A DNA stretch of 64,000 nucleotides from Cyanobacteria bacterium P01_D01_bin.156. Its GTDB lineage: Bacteria; Cyanobacteriota; Cyanobacteriia; Phormidesmidales; Phormidesmidaceae. Location of the stretch: assembly GCA_039024555.1 (NCBI GenBank), contig JBCCQQ010000028.1:1-64000 (forward strand), given 5' to 3'. Of the stretch, positions 22,626 through 33,695 are shown in pieces. A program made the translations under genes and the position numbers. Every line of letters starts with the position of its first letter. Position 1 is the first letter of the stretch. Below the pieces are notes generated by a model. That model made no database searches. It was not told the DNA's origin and saw only the letters and a program-made list of their open reading frames with translations.

Positions 22626-22815
22626 GTCCATTAGCATTGTTTCGGCGCGTCCTTCGACTTCGCACACCTGAGCTGAAACGTCTGATTATGGCTGAGTCTC
22701 CAGACGTTTCATCGGAAGCAATGCCGATATATTGAATCACAGCCAGCTCAGTACATCCGCTAAATCAGTACCGGCAAAAAAGTAATCGTTCTCCGCTGTG
22801 ATAGTATCAACTACA

Positions 22816-22895
22816 CAGCTAGGGGTGCCTGTAGAAACAGGCTGAGATCATACCCTCGGAACCTGAGTCTGGGTAATGCCAGCGTAGGGAAGCAG
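22816..22895 (+). promoter_or_regulatory. TPP (thiamine pyrophosphate) riboswitch
   Basis: Canonical aptamer: ctAGGGGTGCC...GGCTGAGAtcaTACCCtcgGAACCTGAgtCTGGgTAATgCCAGCGTAGGGAAg. Confidence 0.95.
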
Positions 22896-22948
22896 CCGTT
22901 TTTTAGGCAGGTAAGCTCTGCTCCTAGCTTCACCTGACGATATGAGGA

Positions 22949-24430
22949 ATGACCGTGTCCATAGGAGCTATTGCATTACTAGTCACCCTGGTAACTGCTG
23001 CCGCATTTACTTTGTTTGGCGTTTTATATGCTGGACGCCGCCACATCGACTTAGAAGGTTACATGGTCCATCGCAACCAGGTGAGTGGCTGGTCAGCCTT
23101 CGCGACTGTTACCGCTTCAGCTTTAGGTGCTTGGATTTTATTTAGCCCACAAGAGGCCGGGTCTATTTTTGGCGGTGTGACAGCCATTCTAGGGTATTGT
23201 CTCGGTTCGGCTGGGGCCGTTGCCTTGTTTTTTGTGATCGGCCCGAGATTGCGACATCTTATGCCCCAGGGACATTCACTCAATGAATATGTCAAACATC
23301 GCTTTGGTGGACCTATGTACTGGTTAGTAGAAGCGGTCATTGTTTTTTACATGTTTATTTATCTGACGGCAGAGCTGACAGCCATTGCCAAAGCTTTGCA
23401 GTTGGTAGCCGATGTTCCCCTTGGGGTTACGGCCCTCGTGGTGATTACCGCCGTCTTTATTTACACTGCAGTAGGTGGTTTAGGGGCAACAATCTTGACC
23501 GATGTGGTCCAGTTTGTGGTGATTGTTCCTTTATTGTTATTGAGCGCTGGAATCGTGATCACGGCTTTGGGTGGCACCGATGCGTTTAGTGCAGTGGTCG
23601 CTCAGCAGCCTGAGTTATTCTCTCTAGGAAATATCGATGGTATTCGGTTTGGAGCAACCTTGTTTATTGCCATCGTAGCGGCAGAAGTGTTTAATCAAGG
23701 TAACTGGCAACGAGTGTATGCCTGTCGCGATAGCCAAACCGTACGTCGCGCATTTTTGGGTTCAGCCGTGATCATTTTGCCGTTAATCTTTCTGGCTGGT
23801 TTATTAGGACTGCTGGCTGTTCCCCTCGCTGAAGTACAGCCTGACATTCTTGGGGAAACAGCTTTGTTTGGCTTGTTGAGTCAATTAGGCATGCCTGGTT
23901 GGGTGATGATCACGGTCATTGTGCTTGCCCTAGCATTAGTGATGAGCAGCCTAGATACTATGCTGAACGGCCTTGCTAGCGTGTTTACCCTAGACTTGAT
24001 GAGACTTTTACCCAATCCTTCATCTCAAAATGTGTTGAAAATTTCACGGGTTTTGACGGTATTCGCAGGAATTCCTGCGATCGCAATTGCCGCTCAAGGC
24101 TACAGCGTTCTTTACCTATTTTTTGTAGCCGACTTAATCTGTGCAGCCGTTTTGTTTCCAGTTTTGTATAGTCTCTACAACCGCCACCTGACAGGCATAA
24201 ACGCATTGATAAGCTCACTAGTCGGAATGACTGCTGGCTTGTTATTTTTCCCAAAACCAGATTTTTCACCTTTATTTGCGGGTATACCTGGCAGTGCTGA
24301 TTTACTTCACAGCTTTGCAGCTTCTCTCATAACATCAACAGTTGTGACATTAATTTGGACAGCCCTAGCAAAACAAAATGGTAGTGGTCAAATTTTTAAC
24401 TATGACCAGCTACGTGCCAAAAGTTACTAG
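22949..24430 (+). CDS. Sodium:solute symporter (SSS) family transporter, putative thiamine-precursor importer
   Basis: About 13 TM helices, 'YTAVGGLGATILTDVVQ', 'NQGNWQRVYA', 'VMSSLDT'; directly under the TPP riboswitch and upstream of thiC. Confidence 0.85.
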   Translation: MTVSIGAIALLVTLVTAAAFTLFGVLYAGRRHIDLEGYMVHRNQVSGWSAFATVTASALGAWILFSPQEAGSIFGGVTAILGYCLGSAGAVALFFVIGPRLRHLMPQGHSLNEYVKHRFGGPMYWLVEAVIVFYMFIYLTAELTAIAKALQLVADVPLGVTALVVITAVFIYTAVGGLGATILTDVVQFVVIVPLLLLSAGIVITALGGTDAFSAVVAQQPELFSLGNIDGIRFGATLFIAIVAAEVFNQGNWQRVYACRDSQTVRRAFLGSAVIILPLIFLAGLLGLLAVPLAEVQPDILGETALFGLLSQLGMPGWVMITVIVLALALVMSSLDTMLNGLASVFTLDLMRLLPNPSSQNVLKISRVLTVFAGIPAIAIAAQGYSVLYLFFVADLICAAVLFPVLYSLYNRHLTGINALISSLVGMTAGLLFFPKPDFSPLFAGIPGSADLLHSFAASLITSTVVTLIWTALAKQNGSGQIFNYDQLRAKSY

Positions 24431-24641
24431 CCTGAGATATCGTCTTAAGCCCTAGCCTCAAGACTGGCAGCTTTAGAAAGAAAAGGGCGTTGCTGATCCT
24501 CGGGATGATTTCATCTGCCAAATCCAGGTAAATAGTAAGTTCTACAGATCGTTTCATCCCCTAAATCAGCAGCGGCAAGAAAAGCGATATACAACAAAAC
24601 CTGATGAGTAACCCATCAGGTTCAATGCAACAGGCTTCTGA

Positions 24642-26084
<1,443 letters not shown>

Positions 26085-26130
26085 GAACAACATTGCTAGT
26101 TTAAGAGCATGAGCTAGCTAACTCAACACA

Positions 26131-26167
26131 AAACAGGTCAGAGGTTATGCCTCTGACCTGTTTCTTT
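26131..26167. terminator. Bidirectional terminator between thiC and the convergent haloperoxidase operon
   Basis: Perfect 14-bp stem aaacaggtcagagg / cctctgacctgttt. Confidence 0.8.
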
Positions 26168-26181
26168 GGGTAGATATGCAC

Positions 26182-26517
26182 CTATAGGAGTCGACTTAGC
26201 AGCAACAAACCACTAACGACAATAAACAAGACTGCAAACCATATCCGAAAACGATTAGGGGAGCGATCAACGTCCGTTGGATATTGGGGCTCCTTTAAAT
26301 CTTTTTCAATTGGCGCAGATTCAGGGGGTAGAGGCCTATGAGGGACAGGCGATTTCGTGGCTAGCGATTGATTCTGCCAATAGCGTCCGGAACCATGGGA
26401 ATTCAGTGGACGACGTATGGAAGCAACCGGTGCAAAGTTACCACGATATTGTTTGGTCGCCGCCCGCCCCCGCAGGGGCGGCTTTACCCTTGTCGGACGA
26501 CGGGGTAAACGGCTCAT
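26182..26517 (-). CDS. Hypothetical Arg/Pro-rich protein with C-terminal TM helix
   Basis: 111 aa; ATG overlaps the haloperoxidase TGA (ATGA); ends 'RFRIWFAVLFIVVSGLLLLSRLL'. Confidence 0.55.
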   Translation of the reverse strand: MSRLPRRPTRVKPPLRGRAATKQYRGNFAPVASIRRPLNSHGSGRYWQNQSLATKSPVPHRPLPPESAPIEKDLKEPQYPTDVDRSPNRFRIWFAVLFIVVSGLLLLSRLL

Positions 26518-28379
26518 CGATTACCAATCCTCACAACATCACCATCAAAGGTGGGAACCGAAAGAACAAACAGATCGGTAGAGTAGGTAAGTGCCTGCTC
26601 TTCTAGGATACCGATAGCAATTTCTTCACCCATGCGAAGACTATCGTAATAGTCGCTAAAGTAGTGCACACCAGCCATATCACGACCAATGGAGATATTA
26701 GCCGCAAGCTTGTTTAGCTCACCTTCTAGAGTAAGAAATTTGTCGGATTCGCACTCAATTAGCTTGGTGGTGTTATTGCTATAACTATCGGTGACTTCAG
26801 GAGCACGGAAGATAACCGCTTGATCACCATGGGCTAACCGTTTGAACGCAACCTGATTACCAGTCTTGGCTAAGACAGCATTGGTATCAAAAAACGCCTT
26901 TAAGATAGTGACGCAGGCCCCAGCCACCGTGGCATGTCCTGCACCGTAGGCAGGGTGCATGGGAGATCCTTCAGGAAATGCCATAGGTAATAAATATGTG
27001 CTTTCCTTAGGGCCACTCTTTTGAGTCAGTTGTCCAATCTCGTGGAGTGTTCCATTCGCCTTTAGGGCTTCAGAAAACTTACTAATGGCATGGAATAGTT
27101 TTGGAGAAACACCCTCTTTATCTTTATCACTTAGGGTCTCAAATCGACGTACCAGTTCAATCCGTGCCGCTAATGCTTCTGGACGCAACCGAATATGGTT
27201 ATTGAACTTTTGGAAACGAACAGCTTTGAGTGCCCGTGTGGCTACTTCAGTTACTAGATTGAGAATATGGGGGCCACCGTATAAAGCAAAACCACCTGCA
27301 TTGCGTCTAGTTTGACCACTTCCTGCCGCTACGCCTACACCAGATAGATGATCAAAAGCAGGATCAAAGGGAGTTCCCATTCCTAGCAGGACAATGCATG
27401 CATTGAGATACGCTTCATACAGCGCATCATAGTGAACGTAAGTAGCTAAATCTCTAGGCGTGGAGATAAATCGACGGGCAGCTCGTGCCTTATCGTCATT
27501 GTCGGTTTCAGGAACATACGCCTCTCGATCAGGGCGTAAACCGCGCTGCGCATCTACATAGGACTTCATGTCCGTCATGTAGTCAACACATGGCTTAGCG
27601 ATCGGCACTCGCTGATCAATTTCCAGAACACCATAGGTAATCTTGCCATCGGCAACATGGCCACCACCATTCACATCAGTGTTGCCAATCATCAGAAATT
27701 GAGACAGGTAAGGGCCTACATCCACACCGGGGGATGAACCACGAAAGAGGGTTTGAGCATCGAATTCAGAGTCAGAATTCACCTTACGGGGGCGTCCGGT
27801 CTGATTGCCGACATAGCTAAGCTGGTTGAGGCGGGCAATCGCACCGTCAATTGCTGGAGTAGAGCGACCGTTTTCAAACGCATTTAAGGGTTGATCCCGT
27901 AAAATCGCTAACTCATAGACTTCAGCCATTTCCAAAACAAGTTCTGGATTAGCATTACCTATTTCATCTAACAAAGGCGGTGCAGGAGGCATGGTCACGG
28001 CCTGAGCATCAGGCCCTTGTAGCCCGTAAACAACGCCTGCTGTAGGAGCTTCCCACTGACGAAAGTTATCAGCAGGACATGCTAAGGGAACAACTTGATC
28101 ACCTTGAACCTCAAACTTGGCACCATGGCGAACGCGATCGTTAAATGGATCAATAAACCCATCGTCAATGGCACGGCGAAACTCGACAAAGTCCTGAGGA
28201 TCTTGAATTAGACCTGTCTCTTCGTTATGGGGTAGCCCTTTAGTAAAGGACATAAAATATTTGGAATCAGCATAGCGCTGCTCATCTCCGTTAGCTTTAT
28301 GCTCTGGATGCTGGCGGCTTCTGGCGAGTTCAGCTGCTTCCAAACGAACAGCATAGGACTCTTGACGACGATCAGACAT
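26514..28379 (-). CDS. Vanadium-dependent haloperoxidase (red-algal/cyanobacterial VBPO-like)
   Basis: Vanadate-site motifs 'QKFNNHIRLRPEA', 'GSPMHPAYGAGHATVAGAC', 'ISIGRDMAGVHYFSD'; N-term 'NGDEQRY...SFTKGLPH'; ATG 28379 has a GGAG RBS (alternative start 28391). Confidence 0.92.
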   Translation of the reverse strand: MSDRRQESYAVRLEAAELARSRQHPEHKANGDEQRYADSKYFMSFTKGLPHNEETGLIQDPQDFVEFRRAIDDGFIDPFNDRVRHGAKFEVQGDQVVPLACPADNFRQWEAPTAGVVYGLQGPDAQAVTMPPAPPLLDEIGNANPELVLEMAEVYELAILRDQPLNAFENGRSTPAIDGAIARLNQLSYVGNQTGRPRKVNSDSEFDAQTLFRGSSPGVDVGPYLSQFLMIGNTDVNGGGHVADGKITYGVLEIDQRVPIAKPCVDYMTDMKSYVDAQRGLRPDREAYVPETDNDDKARAARRFISTPRDLATYVHYDALYEAYLNACIVLLGMGTPFDPAFDHLSGVGVAAGSGQTRRNAGGFALYGGPHILNLVTEVATRALKAVRFQKFNNHIRLRPEALAARIELVRRFETLSDKDKEGVSPKLFHAISKFSEALKANGTLHEIGQLTQKSGPKESTYLLPMAFPEGSPMHPAYGAGHATVAGACVTILKAFFDTNAVLAKTGNQVAFKRLAHGDQAVIFRAPEVTDSYSNNTTKLIECESDKFLTLEGELNKLAANISIGRDMAGVHYFSDYYDSLRMGEEIAIGILEEQALTYSTDLFVLSVPTFDGDVVRIGNR

Positions 28380-28557
28380 AGAAATCTCCATACGGAATCA
28401 ATGTTGTTGAGCTAAGAACAAGCTCTACACTTGAGCCCCGCTCATAACAACGTCATTGATTCCAACTATAGGCAGCCTCTTAAGGAGAAGACAGTACCCA
28501 CACGGGTGATTTTGCTACAGGTTGTCACACAATACGGGCAGGAAATCTATCCAACAT

Positions 28558-29163
28558 CTACGCGCTGAGTTCTTGCCAACGAGCTTTAATATCACTGATG
28601 GTATAAACCGCCGTAAAATCGATGTTCTCCTGAGCGTAGTACTCTGCACCGCCCTGCTGGCGATCCACTAGAGACAGCACCTGGGTCACCTGATAACCTG
28701 CCGCTTGTAACCGTGTAATCGCTTTCATCGCTGATTGACCAGTGGTTACCACATCTTCTAAAACCACCACTTTGCTCTGCTCTGGCAACACAGGACCTTC
28801 AATGTAGGCTTGGGTTCCATGGCCCTTGGCTTCTTTTCGAATAATCAGCGGCGTAATGGAACGCCCTTCGTAAGCAGCAACCACACTCACAGCTGTCACA
28901 ATTGGATCAGCGCCTAATGTCAGCCCCCCCACTCCAGTAACATCATTGTCTAAATAGTCCAACATGACTCGACCTACCATCTGGCCACCTTGAGGATGAA
29001 GAGTCACTAATTTGCCGTTGATGTAATAGGTACTTTTCTGTCCAGAGGATAAAACAAAATCGCCTTCTTTGTAGGCATCGGTACAAATCAAATCCAGGAG
29101 TTGTTGCTTAATCGTGGTGAAGGAGACAGAGTCGATGGGCACGGAAACCATAGATGTTGACAT
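28558..29163 (-). CDS. pyrE: Orotate phosphoribosyltransferase
   Basis: 'GDFVLSSGQKSTYYIN', 'GGLTLGADP', 'RKEAKGHGT', PRPP motif 'VVLEDVVTTGQS'. Confidence 0.95.
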   Translation of the reverse strand: MSTSMVSVPIDSVSFTTIKQQLLDLICTDAYKEGDFVLSSGQKSTYYINGKLVTLHPQGGQMVGRVMLDYLDNDVTGVGGLTLGADPIVTAVSVVAAYEGRSITPLIIRKEAKGHGTQAYIEGPVLPEQSKVVVLEDVVTTGQSAMKAITRLQAAGYQVTQVLSLVDRQQGGAEYYAQENIDFTAVYTISDIKARWQELSA

Positions 29164-29566
29164 TAAATAATTGGTGGGCAAATTAAACCTTGTCTACGTC
29201 CAGAATTGGAGTTGTACCGTAAAGGAAACGATAGGTTTTAACTTGGACGTGATTTAGGGCAATCATTAGCTGAACTTTCAGTCAATGTAGCCAAGATGCA
29301 TTGCAAATATTAGCAAAGTGGCTAATATTTAGGTCCACATCTGCAGTAATTGACGATGTATTCGTCATTCACTGATCAAGTTCACCACTATTGCTTGGGT
29401 GCAAACGGACAGTCATGTCCTGACTTACCTAAAAGACGATTAGGCTGAACAAACTTGCTGACGATCTTCGTAAATATTGTCTTTAGGGCCAGATATTGCT
29501 TAGATAGTTTATCGATTTTTTTGGACTGGGGTACTATACACCCCAAATTGTGAGGTAAAAACCACC

Positions 29567-29992
29567 ATGAAACTGAAGGGGTTAGTCGTAGGTACAGCAG
29601 TTGCGATCGCAGCTTTATCAACGGTAGGCACGCGTGCTCAAGCTCAAACATTTTTTGATGAGCCCACTGTATTAGAAACACTAGATGACATCAGCACGCG
29701 CAACAGCGGCAACTACGATACAGATCGAAGTGCATTTCGTCATTTAGCTCACTACTTTGGACTAGGCTTCCCAGGCAATTCTGCATTTCCTGAACTAGAG
29801 CTAGATCGCGATAGCAAAGGAATTTTAGAAGCCTATAACGAGCTAATGTTCCTACAAACACAAAACACGGCCACTCTCCGAGTGCCCGATTTGGCTAGCC
29901 CTTACAATACGTCCTTACAGATGCTGCCGGGTAGTCAGAGCGGTGGAGTTGTGGGGACCGAGCTGAACTTTGCGCCCCTACCTCGCCGGTAA
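29567..29992 (+). CDS. Secreted hypothetical protein (cyanobacterial)
   Basis: Signal peptide ending 'RAQAQ', 'FPELELDRD', 'LRVPDLASPYNTSL'; followed by a GC hairpin at about 29999-30028. Confidence 0.75.
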   Translation: MKLKGLVVGTAVAIAALSTVGTRAQAQTFFDEPTVLETLDDISTRNSGNYDTDRSAFRHLAHYFGLGFPGNSAFPELELDRDSKGILEAYNELMFLQTQNTATLRVPDLASPYNTSLQMLPGSQSGGVVGTELNFAPLPRR

Positions 29993-30035
29993 TCACAAGT
30001 CCCCCGGTGCTACCAAACATCGGGGGACCGATTAA

Positions 30036-30108
30036 TCCAGGGTGCAGGAATCGAACCTGCCTAGGGCGAATTATGAGTTCGCTGCCTAATCCGCTCGGCC
30101 AACCCTGG
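30036..30108 (-). tRNA. trnI: tRNA with CAT anticodon, most likely tRNA-Ile2 (lysidine-modified)
   Basis: Cloverleaf CCAGGGT...GCGAA-CTCATAA-TTCGC...GGTTCGATTCC...ACCCTGGA; lacks initiator-Met features and resembles the cyanobacterial/plastid trnI(CAU) type. Confidence 0.9.
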
Positions 30109-30247
30109 TCAGTTTAACTCGTTTAACTTAACCTCTTAGGCCTGTTATATCATAGCCAACTGCGAAAAACAGATGAGTTATAGTTTTTGATATATTTAAC
30201 CTGATTAGCAATCTGACAGTCGCCCTCCAGCCCATCTCTTACCTTCC

Positions 30248-30508
30248 ATGAGAATCAACCCTGCTATTGCCTTCACCTTGATCTTACTGACCGCCATGTT
30301 TGGTTCAGGCATTGTCAGTGCTTCTTGGGGATATTCACTGGGGCGTCAAGCACTTATAGGTATTCGACAGCCAGAAACTCGACCGGCCTCTGCCTCAACA
30401 GGCAGCAGAGGCAGTACGCAGACTAGCACCTTTGTATTGCTTAAAGAAGAAGATATTCTCAAAAACGTTAAGGCCCGTATCGAAGGTGGTTTGGACACTG
30501 CAGAATAG
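30248..30508 (+). CDS. Small hypothetical membrane protein
   Basis: 86 aa, N-terminal TM, 'WGYSLGRQALIGI.QP'. Confidence 0.75.
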   Translation: MRINPAIAFTLILLTAMFGSGIVSASWGYSLGRQALIGIRQPETRPASASTGSRGSTQTSTFVLLKEEDILKNVKARIEGGLDTAE

Positions 30509-30540
30509 TTGAAAATGCAGGAAACACAGATTCTTACACC

Positions 30541-31944
30541 TTGGTGATTGCAACAACGGTTGTGGAAGCCTTAGAAAGCGGCAGTAGCTTACCTATTAGC
30601 ACTGCGGGCATTATGCTACGTTTGCTCGTTGTCGCTGCACTGATCATGCTCAATGCCTTTTTTGTAGCAACTGAGTTCTCCATTGTCTCGGTTCGGCGCT
30701 CTCGGATCAATCAGCTCGCTGCAGTCGGTGATATTCAAGCACAAACCGTTCAGAGTTTACAACGGAGCATTGACCGTTTGCTGCCCACCACCCAAATCGG
30801 CATTACCTTGGCGAGCTTAGCCCTAGGTTGGATTGGTGAAGACACCCTAGCGATCCTGATAGGTTACTGGCTACGAAAACTTGCTATTCCTGTAACGGTT
30901 TTATCCCATGGGGTTGCACTCATCATCGCCTTCTGTTTTCTAGCCTATCTCCAGATTATATTGGGGGAACTCGTCCCAAAATCTCTGGCTTTAAGCTACT
31001 CAGAGAAAACATCGCGGATGTTAGGACCCGTTAGCCTCACCGTTGCTAGGGTCTTTTCTCCTGTGGTTTGGTTTCTCAATTGTTCTACTCAGGGGTTCTT
31101 AAAACTGGTGGGGCTACAAGAGCAGCAACAGGCAGACACCCAACTCACGTCTGATGAACTGCAAATGATTATTAGTACTCCCGCAGCAGTCCTGGATCTC
31201 GATCAAGAAGAGCGGGAAATTCTCAATAATGTTTTTGAGACTCGTGACTTTACCGTCGAAGATATCATGGTGCCTCGGACCCAAATCGTTGCCCTTGACG
31301 ATACCGCCACTTGGCAAGAGGCCTTAGACATGGTGGTGGAAACAGGCTTATCACGGTTTCCACTGATTAGCGATTCTCTGGATAATATCAGCGGCATACT
31401 AGACTTCAAAACCATGGCCCTTCCTTTAGCCAAAGGGCACCTTACCCCCCAAACCAACGTCACCCCTTGGATGATCGCCGCACGAGTTGTCCCTACGGAC
31501 TTACCGCTGAGCGATTTGCTCAACCGCATGCAGAGCCTTAATCATTCCATGATGATTGTGGTCGATAACTATGGAGGAACCGCAGGTTTAGTCACTTGGT
31601 CTGATGTCACTGCCGAACTCATTGGCGAGGGTGAGGGATTAACCTCAGGGGAGATTGCATATCTGGATGATTATTCTGCCGTCGTTTCTGCCCAGATGGA
31701 AATTGATGAAGTCAACAAGCAGTTTGACTTAAATCTGCCGACTACTGATGATTACCAAACGTTAGCTGGATTCATCATCCATGAACTGCAAAAAATTCCT
31801 GGAGCTGGAGAACAGCTGACCTATGGAGATGAGCTACGATTTATCGTCAAAACTGTCAAAGGCCCTAAGTTGGAAGAAATACAAATTGACCGGCACCAGA
31901 CACCACTGCGGCAACGTCCGCCTCGCAGACAACTAGGAAATTGA
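30541..31944 (+). CDS. Hemolysin/CNNM (DUF21-CBS-CorC) family protein
   Basis: 'NAFFVATEFSIVSVRRSRI', 'QIGITLASLALGWIGE', 'GELVPKSLAL', 'IMVPRT', 'VVDNYGGTAGLVT', CorC 'YQTLAGFI'. Confidence 0.92.
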   Translation: MVIATTVVEALESGSSLPISTAGIMLRLLVVAALIMLNAFFVATEFSIVSVRRSRINQLAAVGDIQAQTVQSLQRSIDRLLPTTQIGITLASLALGWIGEDTLAILIGYWLRKLAIPVTVLSHGVALIIAFCFLAYLQIILGELVPKSLALSYSEKTSRMLGPVSLTVARVFSPVVWFLNCSTQGFLKLVGLQEQQQADTQLTSDELQMIISTPAAVLDLDQEEREILNNVFETRDFTVEDIMVPRTQIVALDDTATWQEALDMVVETGLSRFPLISDSLDNISGILDFKTMALPLAKGHLTPQTNVTPWMIAARVVPTDLPLSDLLNRMQSLNHSMMIVVDNYGGTAGLVTWSDVTAELIGEGEGLTSGEIAYLDDYSAVVSAQMEIDEVNKQFDLNLPTTDDYQTLAGFIIHELQKIPGAGEQLTYGDELRFIVKTVKGPKLEEIQIDRHQTPLRQRPPRRQLGN

Positions 31945-32130
31945 CACACCCCCGGCTGTTTTGCACCTTAGGGCGTCACAATAAGTGCATCGGGCTAACA
32001 GCAACACTGTTAGCTCAATGTGTTCGTGCCACCATTGACCATCGCTAACCGAAGAATTCAGAAGTGCTGTGGTAATATCTGGTGGACTTTGAGCAATGTA
32101 AAGTCATATTGAGAGTATTGGCTCTCTGGT

Positions 32131-33207
32131 GTGAGGAACCCTGGCGTGCAACAACGAGATTTTCAAGCAGCAAATGATCATCATGAGGATGCAGCCATAC
32201 GCATCGGCGTGATTGGAGTTGGCAATATGGGGCAGCACCATGCCCGTGTTCTGACTCGCATTAAAGATGTACAGCTGGTGGGCATTTCAGATGTCAATGT
32301 CGAACGCGGATTAGCTACAGCGGGTAAATACGGGGTTCGTTTTTTTGAAGATTACGACGAGCTGCTAAAACATGTGGATGCGGTTTGTATAGCGGTTCCT
32401 ACACGCTTTCATCACAAGGTTGGTATGGCTTGCCTAGAGGCTGGCGTACATATGCTGATGGAAAAACCCATTGCCGCTAGCATTCCTGAAGCAGAATCCC
32501 TGGTCAATGCTGCAGCTGAAGCCAATTGCATTCTTCAGGTGGGCCACATTGAACGGTTTAATCCCGCATTCCAAGAACTACACAAGGTCCTCAAGACCGA
32601 AAAACTGCTGGCATTAGACGCACGCCGCATGAGCCCTTACTCTAAGCGGGCGAACGATGTTTCGGTGGTTTTGGATCTGATGATCCATGACATTGACTTA
32701 TTACTTGAGTTGGCTGGTGCTCCGGTAGTCAAGTTAACAGCCAGCGGTAGTCGAGCTGGGGATTCGCGCTATCTAGACTATGTAACAGCCACATTAGGTT
32801 TTGCCAATGGAATTGTAGCGACACTCACCGCTAGCAAGGTCACCCATCGAAAAATCCGTAGCATTGCTGCTCATTGCCAAGACTCGCTTACTGAAGCAGA
32901 TTTCCTAAATAATGAAATTCTGATTCATCGCCAGACCACAGCAAACACGATGGCTGATTATGGTCAAGTACTGTATCGACAAGATGGCTTGATTGAAAAG
33001 GTCTACACTAGCAACATTGAGCCACTTCATGCCGAACTAGAGCATTTTGTTAACTGTGCACGCGGCGGGGGTAAACCTTCTGTTGGCGGCGAACAGGCAC
33101 TCAAAGCACTGCGATTAGCGAGCTTAATTGAACAAATGGCCTTGGATGGCCAGAGCTGGAAAACGGATGAAGAGCTGGCTGGCGTCCTGCAGGCCGTTAC
33201 GGTATAG
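32131..33207 (+). CDS. Gfo/Idh/MocA family oxidoreductase
   Basis: 'IGVIGVGNMGQHH', 'EKPIA', 'GHIERFNPA', 'DLMIHDID'. Confidence 0.93.
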   Translation: MRNPGVQQRDFQAANDHHEDAAIRIGVIGVGNMGQHHARVLTRIKDVQLVGISDVNVERGLATAGKYGVRFFEDYDELLKHVDAVCIAVPTRFHHKVGMACLEAGVHMLMEKPIAASIPEAESLVNAAAEANCILQVGHIERFNPAFQELHKVLKTEKLLALDARRMSPYSKRANDVSVVLDLMIHDIDLLLELAGAPVVKLTASGSRAGDSRYLDYVTATLGFANGIVATLTASKVTHRKIRSIAAHCQDSLTEADFLNNEILIHRQTTANTMADYGQVLYRQDGLIEKVYTSNIEPLHAELEHFVNCARGGGKPSVGGEQALKALRLASLIEQMALDGQSWKTDEELAGVLQAVTV

Positions 33208-33454
33208 CCTTAATTACAGCAGGTTCAATTGCGATCGCAAACAGACTACTATCTTGAGCTGCTCCACCGAAAATGACTTCCCCAGCATGGGCAGTAAAAA
33301 AGCAGCTCCGGATACCATCCACAGTGCGACATAACGCTAATGTGCCTGAGTTCACCTGCCATGCTTGGTCGGGACCATTTAAATCCAGAATTTGATCTTG
33401 TTGGATGTGACACTCCGATAGGTTAGATAGCTGGAGTGAAGTACGCAGAGACAT
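33197..33454 (-). CDS. Small cNMP-binding-like (beta-roll) domain protein, possibly a gene remnant
   Basis: 85 aa from ATG 33454: 'LDLNGPDQAWQVNSGTLALC...RSCFFTAHAGEVIFG...LFAIAIE'. Confidence 0.5.
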   Translation of the reverse strand: MSLRTSLQLSNLSECHIQQDQILDLNGPDQAWQVNSGTLALCRTVDGIRSCFFTAHAGEVIFGGAAQDSSLFAIAIEPAVIKAIP

Positions 33455-33695
33455 AAAACTATTGCCAATGATAATTATGGAGAGTCTTCTAGCATAGACA
33501 AAACCGCTGGTAGACTGGGACAATTTCTCACTTATCTTAGGATTCCTCATCCAACGGAAAGATCGAACAAGGGGAAATATCCAAAAGCTTTTATCCTTAC
33601 AGAAAGTTCCCTGATGTACAGGATTGAGATCATCGGCATCCAACACAGATCATCTGTAGGAGTTCTAACCATAACGGTCCATTGAGCTAACTCAT

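Noticed and set aside
30036..30108. tRNA-Met assignment
   Set aside because: The CAT anticodon is ambiguous; the sequence lacks the initiator's three G-C anticodon-stem pairs and 1:72 mismatch, and fits the Ile2 type better.
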